Shown here in pieces: positions 1 to 11,904 of a stretch of 64,000 bases of DNA. The stretch spans positions 46,874,001 through 46,938,000 of the forward strand of contig NW_024704743.1 of assembly GCF_018977255.1 (NCBI RefSeq), given 5' to 3'. The number at the start of each line of letters is the position of its first letter. Position 1 is the stretch's first letter. The notes under the pieces were generated by a model. The model was given only the letters and a program-made list of their open reading frames with translations, had not been told where the DNA came from and ran no database searches. Position numbers and translations under genes: made by a program. The stretch comes from Callorhinchus milii. Its lineage: Eukaryota.

Positions 1-417
1 CATTGATATAGTGCCTTTCACGCTGGAAGGATGCACCAAGGTGCTAGACAGTTAAAGATTTGCACCCGAGCTGGGAGTTAGAGGGTCAGAGGTTGTTGGT
101 GGTTGAAGATACGGTCAAAGAGGAAGGTCTTTAGACGGTCCTTGAAGGATGTAAGGGAGGGGACTGGGCAGAGGGATTCTGCGGTGGAATTACAGAGGGT
201 GGGGTAGAAAGAGTGTAAGGAGGAGCAAGGCCGGGGAGGACTTTAAAAGTGAGGACGAGGATTTTAAACTTAATCCCCTGAGGGATGGAGAACCAGTGGA
301 ACCCGGTGAGAATGGGGTGACTGGTTCCAGAGCTTGGTATGGGCGAGGATGCGCACTGCAGATTTCCAAATAATCAGAAGCTTGTGGAGGGAAGAGGTGG
401 TGAATTGAGAACTTCAT
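1..417 (-). mobile_element. L2-clade LINE 3' fragment
   Basis: Degenerate ORF2 C-terminal region and an L2-type 3' end near position 1. Confidence 0.7.
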
Positions 418-1232
418 TCTTAGTCAATTTTAAGAGTGCAGTTTCCAAAGTCACGTGAACAAATCTACTCCTTTGCTGATGGAACAAGCCATTGGGTGAG
501 TTTGATCTGAATCAAAAGGAAGAGAATGAGGCAATTATAAAACTGCTGATGGCATTAATGTAGTCTAAATACTGGTTAAACATATATTTTAATAGGAGCT
601 GTGATACGTATCATTACATCTTACCATGATATGCTAGTTAAACTACTAATACAGTTGTGGACCAATTCTGTTTCAATCCTGTTCATCAGCAAAGCTTTCC
701 AAATGGCCTGCATAGGCTTTGCCATTATTTGCATCATGGTTTAACCTGAGATGGCAAAATCATGCAAGCAGATGTGCAAACCCAATGTGAAATCTGCCCA
801 CATGCATAAGACAACAAAAGCAATGGCCTGCAGACTTAGTTTCACACTTACATGTAACAAAACTAAATGAGAGGCAGCTTCTCAGGTTCCACAAATGGTA
901 TTTTGTGTGGCATGTCTCTACAGGGGGTTTGCCAGACGAAAAGTACGGAGATACTGATAACAGTGCACTCTACTAATCATTGTATTTAAAGCACTTAAAT
1001 AATAAATAGGGTCTATTTACAATTAAAACAACTTTAAGGTCCCCCCCATCACTGCCCCCTCCCCCCAAAAAAATATCTCGATACCATCACCAATCAATGC
1101 TTTAACGTCAGACTTGTGGGATAGGATAAACAAAGGAAACTGAATTTGCATTATTTGCATTGCTCATTCACAAGGGGGAGGTCTCCATGTACAAAACCAC
1201 AATGCAGATTCGCTGTCATGTATAGAGTACAA

Positions 1233-1263
1233 TAGTGCCACCTGCTGACATAACTATTGCAGT
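1233..1263 (-). promoter_or_regulatory. Candidate CTCF site with upstream module
   Basis: Minus strand reads ACTGCAATAGTTATGTCAGCAGGTGGCACTA: a core resembling CCAGCAGGTGGCAC plus a TGCAAT upstream motif. Confidence 0.55.
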
Positions 1264-2271
1264 AATAGATGAACAAAAGATGCAATTAGAAAACAAGATA
1301 AAAAGATCAGCATTTATAATCAACTGTGAAAGACTCCAAGCTAATTTTACCATCCACCTAAGGGGGCACAGCCTGCTTAAAGAGTAGTACAAATGCCAAC
1401 CATTTTAATATTAGCCAGTTACAGGAAAAATGTGCAAGAGATTTGGAGGGCAAGAGATTTGGGGAGTTTCGTTTCATCAGTTTAAAATTCCTGCAGAAGC
1501 ATAAAGTTAGGAGGATACCACAATTGAGCACTTTTCATACAGTTAACAGCAGTGAAGATATAAAGCTATAATGTATCTGATAAACTGTTTCGCACATCAT
1601 TACTTCTCTTCAAATGTTCAACTTTTGTAAAGAGATGAACAATTCTGTGATAAAAAGAGAAAAGGCTAGAGATTCACAGTATAGAAGTCAGCGGTCAGTG
1701 TGCTAATGTTCTCTCTGTAAGTTTACCTTGTTTTTTCTCTTGCAGATGAAATAACCAGGCAACGATTTAAGATGCTGTGATTTCCAGAATTTCCATTTTT
1801 ATTGCATTCAGTTTTTGTTTTTAGCTCCAAAACGTTTGCATATCATTTCTGATACGATTTAAAAATCCTTACATTTGGTATAGCACCTTTCACATCAGGA
1901 GGACGTCTCAAAGCGCTTCACAGGATATTCTGTGTGACTGTGCGCTTTGTGGGACTTTGAATATATTTTTTTAAAAAATTAAATGGAATTTTACTTTTTC
2001 ATAAGCACTCATTTTAAATCACATGAATTTGCTTAATTCTTGATACAACCCATTTTGCTACAATACAAATTTAAAAATACAGTTGAAAAATGAATTTCAA
2101 TTTTGCGAGTGCAGTTAGCTATGTGAACAAATCTACATTCACGCGTTTGCTGATGGAACAAAGCCAGTGGGTGAGTTTGAGTTTGAATCAATCTTCATGC
2201 AGTAGATCCGTGTTCCACCTTCAATGCAGCGGCAAATGTGGGACAGCAATTGGAAGCAAAGAATGAACATT

Positions 2272-2312
2272 TCATCTCAGTGGTGATGCAAACCAACGAC
2301 CTTTCTGGTTAC
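2272..2312 (-). CDS. WIPF3: WIPF3 terminal coding exon (GNQKGRWFASPLR*)
   Basis: Strong pyrimidine tract plus CAG at 2315-2313. Phase 1 continuation ends ...PLR-TGA, similar to WIP-family C-termini. Gives a total CDS of 1446 nt (481 aa). Confidence 0.75.
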
Positions 2313-3466
2313 CTGCAAAAGGTAAAAAAAAATGGTTGGGAAAGTAAACATGCCTTTGTTTATAATTCCCAAGTTACGATTAAGCAAATCTTGCATTTAG
2401 TACAAAGAGCAAACTGGAGTTAAATAAATTCTTTGCAATACACATGTAAGTTTGCAAATAAAATGTATTTCTCTCTGGCAGTCAATTAGGTAATGTCTGA
2501 AATTACTAGTTTGGTTTTCAGGAACACATTGATGTGACCAACAATAAATCTGTTTGTGGGGTTGGGTTAACAACATATGCACAATTTACAGGTTGGGTTA
2601 ACAATGCAATTTACTATAGCATCTGAAACCTTTTCTATCAGATATTAATAACTTAATTAAGGGGCCTTCAAATACTTCCAAACTCTGTATATGTACATTT
2701 GAAAACCTGCAATTCCTCAGTACAATTTGCCTCAAGTTAGGAAGGGGAGAGAAAAAAAGTCTACCGAGATTTCTGCTCCAAATCTCTATTTGGTGACTCT
2801 ATTGGTGTGGAAATGTGTGGACATTGGGTGACGAGTATATTTTCTACGATTAGACAGTGGGCTACCTAAATATTTCCAAACTGTTTAATTTTTATTTTCT
2901 CTCCAATCGTCTGGACCCCATTCCACGAAGCCCTTATTCTTGTTAATGAGATTCACACCATCATGAGTGCTGATCACCTTCCAATACCTCACCCAACTGA
3001 TCAGTATTTATGTACATAGCCCATTCTAATTCTCACTCAACACACACACATGCAGTGTGAACAAGCAGCAGAATCACTTATAGCTCCTTCCCATATTTCT
3101 GGACCATCTCCTCCCAACCTTCTCTCATCTCCGCTATCCTCACCTCCAATTACAAATGTCAGCAGCTCACAGACTTTGTGGTGTCCAAAACTGAAAAGAT
3201 CCATTTAGGTACCTCACTTCCACATGGATGATGCCCAACTCTGTATTTCTGCCTCTACACAGAACCGCTGCTGTTCTGACTAATTGCCTGTCAGAATCAA
3301 GTCCTGAATAAGCTTCACCTTTTTCCAACTTGACATTGCCTTATCCTAGTCACAAATGTAAACCCACACTTCATACAATAATAAGACCCTGACACATTTA
3401 CTATAAGATACAGTGTAAAAAGACATTTCATTCTAAAATTGAACAACAAAATATGTAGTTGCTCAC

Positions 3467-3568
3467 CAATGACCTCCTTGCTGGGGTATGTCCTGGGAAA
3501 TGGCTTGTAATCATCTGGAGGAGGAAGTTCTTCGACTGAATGAAAATTAAACTTCGACTCAAAGTCAT
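3467..3568 (-). CDS. WIPF3: WIPF3 coding exon 6, WASP/N-WASP-binding domain
   Basis: Translates DDFESKFNFHSVEELPPPDDYKPFPRTYPSKEVI, the canonical WIP WBD. CAG acceptor, GTGAGC donor, 102 nt. Confidence 0.95.
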
Positions 3569-4192
3569 CTGCTGAATGCAAACAGCTACATTTTAGACAC
3601 TAAATAAGGGAAATAGTCTTTCAAAAAATATTTTCCTGAAAAAAGAACATAATCACAAGTAAAGTTCAGATGAAGAAGATCCTTAATCCTATTTGAACTC
3701 ATCCTTCCAGATTACCCACTTTACAGTACTCACATGACAGCATCAAGCTGTTTTACTGAGTAGAGATAATTCTTGGTGTCTGTCCTGAAATTGCCCTTTG
3801 CAACCCTAAACTTGTGCCCTCTTGTTCTGCTGATCAGTGCATCCAAAAGTATTGTTCTGGGTTTACTTTCTCAATCCCATTAAAAGTCTTGTACACCTCA
3901 ATAAGGTACTCACTGAGACATCTCTTTCCAATCATGAAGAACCCTAACCTGTCTACTTGCTGCTCATACCAAATGTAAATCCCTGTACTGCTTGGGATCA
4001 TCTTCGTTGCTCTCCTCTGCACAGACTAGTCTTGGGCCTCACAGTAAATCCTGTGAAGCGCTTTGAGACATTGACAATGTGATAAGGTGTTATATTTATA
4101 TATTAGAAATGCAAAGGTTATTATCTACATTGCGATTATGAGGGTTAAGTAAATGATTGTTGAGAGAGAATCCGCTCACTTGGGCATAGTAT

Positions 4193-4210
4193 GCTGACAC
4201 CTAGTGGTCA
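4193..4210 (-). promoter_or_regulatory. Candidate CTCF site
   Basis: Minus strand reads TGACCACTAGGTGTCAGC, a close match to the CTCF core. Confidence 0.5.
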
Positions 4211-5027
4211 TTTAGTGTTAAACACCAAAGGCAAAAAACAGCAACTGGGTCAGCTCTTCACATGGATTCAATAATAATACGTTACACCTCCATTAACTAG
4301 CACCAGCTTCAAAGCAACCAAGGAGTTGCCCATCCCATTCTTATCAAAGAGTAAGCAGCCACTGCCCATTAGCCTCTGGGCTTACCCCAGGGCTTCATAC
4401 TTCTGTGGCTGTTTGAGCATAGGCAGGAGTCACCAGCTCAAAATTACATGGAGAAACTGTAGCAGACAATATAATAATAGTCCCTTTTGCCGTCACGATG
4501 CCTCAAAGTGCTTCACAAAATTTACTATGAAGTCTAATGTATTTTTTAAGCAAGCACAGCAGCCAATTAGCACACAGTAATAATGCCCATGAAGTGAAAG
4601 ACCCATTTTATCTGGGGGACTGTTGATACTAGGAGAAACGCCCTTCTCTTGTTCAATAGTGCCATGGGATCTTCAACATCCAGCTGCACAGGCAGACGGG
4701 ATATTTCAACCTCATATAACGCCCACCATGCTGGGCTGAGTCTCAGAGCGCTTAACAATGGTGGAGCCCAAGGCCAAGCCTGGAGGAGGGGGAACGTGAC
4801 CGTAGGCGCGGTCGAAAAGGAAGGTCTTCAGGTGCGACCTTAAGATGGAGGAGAGGGCAAGGCGAAGGGGTTGAGAGGGTGGGGAGTTCCAAAGTTAACA
4901 TCTGATTTTTTTTGTGGGGTCGGACGTGTATCTGACACATGTGAAACCCATCACCGTACTTAACATTCCATCTGAAGGATGGCACTTCCGAGAATGCAGT
5001 ACATCCGTAGCACTGCACTGGAGGGTC

Positions 5028-5128
5028 ATGACGAAGGGTCATGGACCCGAAAAGTTGACTCACTTTACTTTCTCCATAGATGCTGCCTGACCTGCTGAGT
5101 TTTCCGAGCTCTCTCTGTTTTTGTTTCA
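5028..5128 (+). mobile_element. Penelope-like terminal remnant with degenerate hammerhead core
   Basis: TGACGAAGGGTCATGGACCCGAAA followed by ...AGATGCTGCCTGACCTGCTGAGTTTTCC..., a motif I recognise from shark Penelope-derived repeats. Confidence 0.5.
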
Positions 5129-5206
5129 CTTTACAGTATATTCTGTGAAGCGCTTTGAGATGTCTCAAAACCGTGATACAGCGTTATATCAAATGCAAGG
5201 ATTTAC

Positions 5207-5416
5207 CAAAGACTTGTGGCAGCACAACTTGAGGCTGTCGATTTTTAACAGGGAGTGGTGGTGGCGGCAGAGGAGGAGGCGGAGGAGGGGGAGAAATTTG
5301 CAAAGATGTCCATCCAGTGCCGGCTGCTGCTGGATGTGTTCTGCTTGTAAGTTCTGTCGTGGGCGATCTGAGTGGTGGAGGAGGACGAACAGCCAGCTTT
5401 CCACCACCGTTGTGCA
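5207..5416 (-). CDS. WIPF3: WIPF3 coding exon 5
   Basis: Translates HNGGGKLAVRPPPPLRSPTTELTSR...; GGGKL and RSPTTEL are WIPF3-like motifs. CAG acceptor, GTAAAT donor, 210 nt, phase 1 to 1. Confidence 0.88.
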
Positions 5417-5529
5417 CTGGAAAACAGAAGCGTTAAATATGTAACTCACCCAGGCAAAAGCAACATTGATAACACTGCAGAATTGACAAGCCACACTGCA
5501 GTCTACAGATACTTAAACACCAGGTTTTC

Positions 5530-7442
5530 AACAACAACAACTTGGATTTATATAGCGCCCTCCACGCCGGACGGCATCTCAGAGCACTTCACAGTAATGG
5601 ATCACGGGGCTGAGCCAGGGGGAGGGGGAGATGGGTGACCAAAGGCACGGTCGAAAAGAAAGGTCAGCCGAGACCTGAAAGTGGGAAGAGAAGGGGTGAG
5701 GCGAAGGCAGTGAGGAAGGGAGTTCCAGAGCCTCGGCGCATAGTGGCTGAAGGCATGGCTGTCGAGGGTGGAGCGGAGGATGAGGAGGAGGCCAGTCCCG
5801 GTGGAGCGAAGGCAACGGGCACTGTTGTGAGGAGAGAGGAGGTCAGAGAGGTAGGGGGGGTGCAGAGGAGTGGAGGGATTTGAAGATAAGGGTGAGGATC
5901 TTGAAGTCAATCCTCTCTGGGATAGGCAGCAAGTGCAGTCTGGCAAGGACTGAGGTAATTGGGGAGCGGAGTTTTGTGCGGGTGAGAATGCAGGCGGCAG
6001 AGTTTTGTATGACCTGGATTTTATGGATGGTAGTGGAGGGGAGGCCGGCGAGGCGGACATTTGAATAGTCCAGCCGAGGGGTGACAAAGGCGTGGAGCAG
6101 GGTTTCAGCGGCTTTTGGAGTGAAGTATTGGCGGAGACGGGCGATGCGTTGGAGGTGGAAGAAAGCGGTGCTGGTGAGGGACCGGATGTGGGGGAGGAAG
6201 GATAATTGGGGCTCGAACCTGATGCCTAGGTTGCATACGGGATCGGAGAGTGTTAGGGGGAGGTCGGGTAGGTGGAGGAGATTTTAGACGTTGACGAGAG
6301 CCAAAGAGTATGGCTTCCATCTTATCAACATTCAGCTGAAGGAAATTCACGCTCATCCAGCTCCTGATTTTTGACAGGCAGGCTGACAGAACATCAGGGG
6401 ACTGGGGGTCGCAAAGTCAGGTGGAAAAATAGAGTTGGGTGTCGTCCGCGTACATGTGGAAGTGTACCCCATGTCTTCGGATGACATCCCCAAGAGGGAG
6501 CATGTAGATCAGAAAGAGGAGGGGGCCAAGGATGGATCCATGGGGTACCCCACAGATAACCAGATGAGAGCAGGAGGAGAAGCCATTGGTGCAGATGTAC
6601 TGTTGGCGGTTCGTGAGGCAGGACTCAAACCAGTGCAGTCCCACTGAGGTGGATGATGGAGGAAAGCCGGTGGAGGAGGATGGCATGATCAACTGTGTTG
6701 AACGCGGCGAGGTCCAGGAGAAAAGGAGGCAGAGGGAGCCCTGGTCACAGATAGAGAGGATGTCATTTGTGACTTTCACATGCGCCGTCTCTGTACTGTG
6801 GGCGGAAACCGGACTGGAGGGGTTCGAAGAGGGAGTGGGAGGAGAGGTGTGGGCGGAATTGATTGGCAACAATGTGTTCTAGGACTTTTGCGAGGAAGGG
6901 CAGATTAGAAATAGGGCAGTAATGGCTGGCGTTTGAGGAATCTAGGGAAAGTTTTTTGAGGAGGGGGGTGATGATAGTAGTTTTGAGGGGGGCAGGGACT
7001 GATCCAGAGGAGAAGGACTGGTTGATGACATCAGCCAGTATTGGCAGAGGAGGGGGAGCTGGGGGAGCAAGTTGGTGGGGAGGGGGTCGAGGCAGCAGGT
7101 AGTAGGTTTCATTGAGGTGATGGTGGGTGAGAGGGAAGAAGAAGAGATGGGGAGGAAGGATTGTAGGATGGGGTCATGGTAGGAGCTGATGATGAAGAAG
7201 GTGAGGGGGACGGAGAAGGGGTGGTGGAGGGTGACAAGAGGCAAGAGGATGAGGCTGCCTGGCGGATGTTATGTATTTTGGATGAAAAGAAGTCCATGAC
7301 CTCCTCGCACTTGGCATTGGATGTGAAGATTGAGGAGGCCTGAGGGGGAGCACGGAGGAGGTAGTGGATGGTGGAAAAAAGGATTTTGGAATTATTTTTA
7401 GCCTCCAAGATGATGTTGGAGTAGAAGGCCGTTTTCGCGCAT
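5530..7442 (-). mobile_element. L2-clade LINE, 5'-truncated, frameshifted ORF2 (RT) with 3' tail
   Basis: GVPHGSILGPLLF and [12 protein letters not shown] motifs, HSTETA, LWNSLP; (GTT)n tail at about 5530. Confidence 0.93.
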
Positions 7443-8138
7443 GAGAAACAGAATGACCTGGATAGTGCTTGTCACAGACTTAATGAAAAACCTCACCAAC
7501 TATAAAAATCCCCCTACCCTTTGGATCTGATCCTCTCATTGCTCAGACTCCTCAGCAGGTCAACCAAATAGCATTGAAATCTTCTCCTCTTCTGGTTCCT
7601 TTCTGAAGTCTGGCAAAGTTTTACTTACATTCTGCCTTGCAATCACACCTCTGGGATCTTGCCTAATACTCCAGTGGGAAAGTGTCAAAGCATTTCTGTG
7701 AGAAAGCAAGTGTCTGCATCTCTAGCCAAATGAAAAAAGGCACTGGCTTCCCAGTGGACTTAGAGGTGGGTGGGATGTCAAAACCACAGTGATTTCTGAA
7801 TTCTTTAATAAGGGCTCCTCCATTGAAATGGATATTCTGCATCACCACAGCATATAAATTGGGCATTACATTACCATCTGAAGGTTAAATAATTCTGTGC
7901 TTGTGCTTATGTCTTTCACTAACTTATCGTACTTACTCCAAACCACTGAGAATAAAATCTTGATCTACTGTTTAATCAATGTTTCAAATATCATCAAAGC
8001 ACTCCATGGGGATATATTGTAATGTGTAGTGACTCTGTGTTTTGTGGATAAAACTAATTTGCAGGCGTAATCATAGATGGTGTCAGTGGTATCAGGCAAC
8101 TAGTGACACCAGTCTTGCTGTAGTCCACTAGAACTCAC

Positions 8139-8939
8139 CTCCACCCCTGGGTGGGACGTCCCTTGTAGGTAATTGAGTCGTGTAGGACATCTGAACAGAA
8201 GATGAATTTGGGAGATGTAAGGGCATCGGTGGTGGCGGTGGTGGTGGTGGTGGGGGAGGAGGCACCACTTGCCAGTTGTTAGAGTTTGGTAATTTTGGAG
8301 GTAGAGGAGGAGGAACATCTGCTTGATCCAAAAAGAGAGGCGGCGGAGGGCTCTCAGACACTCTATAGGGGAGAATGTAAGGAGCTGGAGGTATTGGAGG
8401 GGGAAGAGGGAAGTCAATAGAATCGTCTCTGAAACCTAATGGTGGTGGTGGTGGTGGTGGCGGTGGAGGGAACGAGAAATCGAAAGCTTGGTCTTGGAAA
8501 GTGTTAGTGGGTAGAGGGGGAGGAGGAGGGGGAGCAAAAGGGGGAGGCGGTGGTTGCATATGTTGAGGTTTGTATGGTTTTGTACTTTGTGATGGAGGAG
8601 GAGGAGGAGCCAGGGGGAGAGGAGGAGCAGGCGGGGGAGCAGGATGCACTGTCCATATAGATTTGGGAGGCTTATTACTGGAAGAGGGAGCTGTCGGGGG
8701 AGGGGGACACATAGGCAGAAATATCCCATGAGACACAGGAGGAGTGAGAGGAAGGGGAGGAGTGGAAGAGGCAGTCATATTAAGGCGTCCTTGAGCTCCT
8801 CGATGCACTTTGGACGCATCAGGGGGCTTCCAAAAGTCAGGTGGGTTGGACGTTCCATTGTTATCATCAACGTGGGCTGCAAATCTGGGCGGCTGCATTT
8901 TCGCACCAAAAGGCTGAAGAGGTGGTTTGGTACTTCTCT
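8139..8939 (-). CDS. WIPF3: WIPF3 coding exon 4, large proline-rich region
   Basis: Lies inside ORF 8128..8982. Poly-Pro tracts and PPPLPPK motif. CAG acceptor at 8942-8940, GTGAGT donor at 8138, 801 nt, phase 1 to 1. Confidence 0.92.
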
Positions 8940-9870
8940 CTGCAATAAACAAAAAGCACATAGCGATGGTTAGAAAAAACATTATATCAATTCTATTTTA
9001 TGAAGGGTTTAACTGTAAATAAATATTCAAGTGCACTGTGGAATCAATTCATTTTACAGCCATAGTTTTGATAAATTCTATAAACTGAGTCAATGAATCT
9101 GCATTTTTGGAGCATCCTATATATCAAAACATCTCAATGTTCTTTACAGTAATTAATGTCAGATGCAGTGATTACTTTGTTGTAGGCAAATCTAGCATCA
9201 TGAACCACAAACAGCCATGAGGTGAATGATCAATTTATCTGGCGAATGGCTGGTCAGTAGACTGGGATGGGAGAAGTTCTCTTCTCTTTTTGAAGTGTCA
9301 TGTGACAATAATGTCAGGTGGATAGGACCTCAGTTTAATATTTCATCAGAAGGATGTCACCTTAGATAATGCAACATCCCCCCTCCCCCCATTACTATAC
9401 TGGAGTATCAGCCTCAACTATGCGCTTAAGAGCAGATGCAGGACTTAATCCAACAATCTTGTGACCCAGAAGCAGGAGTGCTACCAGCAGAGCCATTTTT
9501 CACGTCACCTGTTGCTACATGTCTGTTAATGTTGAGTAGGAAGAGTACATAGGTTGTGGTTAACAGATTTTGAACAAGTACATAAGCTTCACAGTTCACA
9601 GCCTGTGACATCTCATTATTCCACGTAGTAACACTATCACATAATATCAATATGTTTTTAGAATACACATAAGACATAGTGTATAATAGAAATATATTCC
9701 CAGAAACCATTTGAAAATATAATACAATTTACATTTATACCGATGTCTCAAAGTGCTTCACAGAATATATTGTAAAGTGTGTTTTGTGGGCAAAACGCAG
9801 CAGCCAATTGCACATAGCATTGTCCCACAAGCATTTTTTTGAAACTTAATTACTAATTATATAGGACGAC

Positions 9871-9972
9871 CTGGACTATCTCGCTGTCCCGAGGGTCTTA
9901 GAGCAGGAAACCCTCCCTGAAACAAGCCCCCCATAGGGGCTGGTGCTGCTCCACTGCCACCTCCAGCTTTTT
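9871..9972 (-). CDS. WIPF3: WIPF3 coding exon 3
   Basis: Translates KAGGGSGAAPAPMGGLFQGGFPALRPSGQRDSP, containing the WIP-family GGLFxGGxPxLR motif. TAG acceptor, weak GTCGTC donor, 102 nt, phase 1 to 1. Confidence 0.88.
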
Positions 9973-10549
9973 CTATGGACAAAACACAACACACAGTTTG
10001 AGGTTATTTTCAATGGAAAACGATTGAGAGCATCAACCGCTACTGTCACAATCCTTATCATTTTTTCAGAAGAATGAACTTGCAAACCATCTGCATATGT
10101 TCTGTTCTAGTAAAGAATCATACTTACAAGTCACTTAAAATCACCAAAAATAAAAATTACTGGTATATTTTTCATTCAACACCAGCAAGGAATGAACTTG
10201 TGAACTAATTCAATGTTAAAGTCTATGATTAAAATAAAATTGGATGCTAATTCCTCTTTTTAGAAAAAGACAACTTTTGCATATCCAAAATACCTCCTTG
10301 TATAAAAAGAATGGAAGTTTTACATAATATCAGCAGTAAACTTGCCTCATGCTATGTTGGCCAGTTTTATTTATATTGTAGTTATCATTAGTCCCATCAT
10401 GCAAAATGTACATTTGATTTCCTTCTGCTTTTCTTTTGATTTGCAAACCTGTAAAATTGCAGGTAGAGGCCAGTTTGCAAAACCCCTCCACCTTTATGTA
10501 TCTTGAAATTAGACCCATTTTTGTGTATATCAAGTAACTTTTCTTTCCA

Positions 10550-10810
10550 TAACAACAACAGCAACTTGCATTTACACAGCAGCCTTCATGCAGAATAGTG
10601 TCTCGGAATGCTGCACGGCAACGGGATTGGAAACTGAGTTAAGGGGAGGTGACCATAGGTGCGGTCGAAAAGGTAGGTCTTTAGGTGGGATTTAAAAATA
10701 TGTAAAGAGGGGTCGAGGCGAAGGGATTGAATCATGTAAATTCAAAGCTTAGGGGTCTAGTAATTGAAAGCATGGCTCCTGATGGTGGCACAGAGGGGTC
10801 GGGGAAAGCT
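10550..10810 (-). mobile_element. L2 3' end fragment
   Basis: (AAC)n TTGCATTTA tail and body similar to the 3' end of the 5530 element. Confidence 0.6.
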
Positions 10811-10956
10811 CAGCAGGCTGAGCGAAGGGGACAAGCAGAGAAGCGAAGTATAAGCAGCTACATTTGCGGTATCAATGTATGTATCAATGAATATCAAATG
10901 TCCAGATGCCCATGCATGTCCCCGGTCCCAGGGTAGTTCCAAACTGCAGCACTTAC

Positions 10957-11089
10957 TATCGATGGCTGGGCCACTTCTGTCATTGATCTGGGTCACCTTT
11001 TTCAAGCGAGCTCCTTTGTGGATATCCGCTAGCAGTGCATTCCGATCTTTTGGCTCCCCTTTACTCTGTCTGGGCAGCTCTGCGCCTGC
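10957..11089 (-). CDS. WIPF3: WIPF3 coding exon 2, WH2 (verprolin) actin-binding domain
   Basis: Translates AGAELPRQSKGEPKDRNALLADIHKGARLKKVTQINDRSGPAID. CAG acceptor, GTAAGT donor, 133 nt, phase 0 to 1. VTQINDRS matches WIPF3 as I recall it. Confidence 0.93.
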
Positions 11090-11597
11090 CTGCAAACAAC
11101 ATGTAGCATAAAGATTATCTAACCATTCCATCAGCTTGTCTCAGTCTTCCCAAAATATCTTTCCATAATTAAGGATCAAAAATGTGCGAGAAATCAAGAT
11201 TTACGAATGTTGCCAATTGATGAAGATAAATGCTGTATCGATTAAATTAAACCTGAAAAAGCATCATCAGGTTCTCTAGGAACATACATGTTCCCATAGA
11301 AGCTAGAAATTTATATTATTTTCAAAAATCTAAAAGCATAAGTTGGTCGAGGACATTAAGCCACAGATGAGCAATCACCAACTCACAGCGACACAATTGC
11401 AAACAGACTTATTGGAGCAATGTGCTACTGATGGGCAGACGGTTTGCAACCTTTGGAAAAGTGCAGATGTATTCAGTGTTTTCAGGGTCTCAGAAGACAA
11501 GTATAGTTTTACTTGCTCATGGCCCCACTTTATACTTTAGATTCAAAAATTGGCCTGTTGTATTTAAGACACAATCTTGTTAAACTTCCATGTTAAC

Positions 11598-11815
11598 CTG
11601 GCTCAGTTGGTAGCACTCTTGCCTCTGAATCCACAACAGGACTTTGAAATTCCAGAGTCGCCTCTGACACTCCAATGTAGTACTGGGGGTGTGCTGCATT
11701 GTTGGAGGTGCCGTTCTGTGGATGAGGAGTCCTGCAGCTCAGTGGTTACAGCACTCACCTCGCAAGCAACGAGACCTGGGTTCAATTCCCAGGCAGAGCA
11801 AAACTTTGGGTTATT
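11598..11815 (+). mobile_element. Older tRNA/Deu-type SINE 5' part followed by a younger SINE head (11726)
   Basis: Two tRNA-like heads with A boxes: TGGCTCAGTTGG and CAGCTCAGTGG. Confidence 0.6.
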
Positions 11816-11886
11816 ACTGAAAATAAAATACTGTACACTGTGTATGAATATATTTTCAGTTACCGCCCGTTAAAACTTTTACAGAT

Positions 11887-11904
11887 TGCCTCTAGATGGC
11901 ACAA
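11887..11904 (+). promoter_or_regulatory. Candidate CTCF site
   Basis: TGCCTCTAGATGGCACAA matches the CTCF core. Confidence 0.45.

Noticed and set aside
1352..1370. CCACCTAAGGGGGCAC as a CTCF site
   Set aside because: Spacing is 2 nt longer than the core consensus, so it is a weak match.
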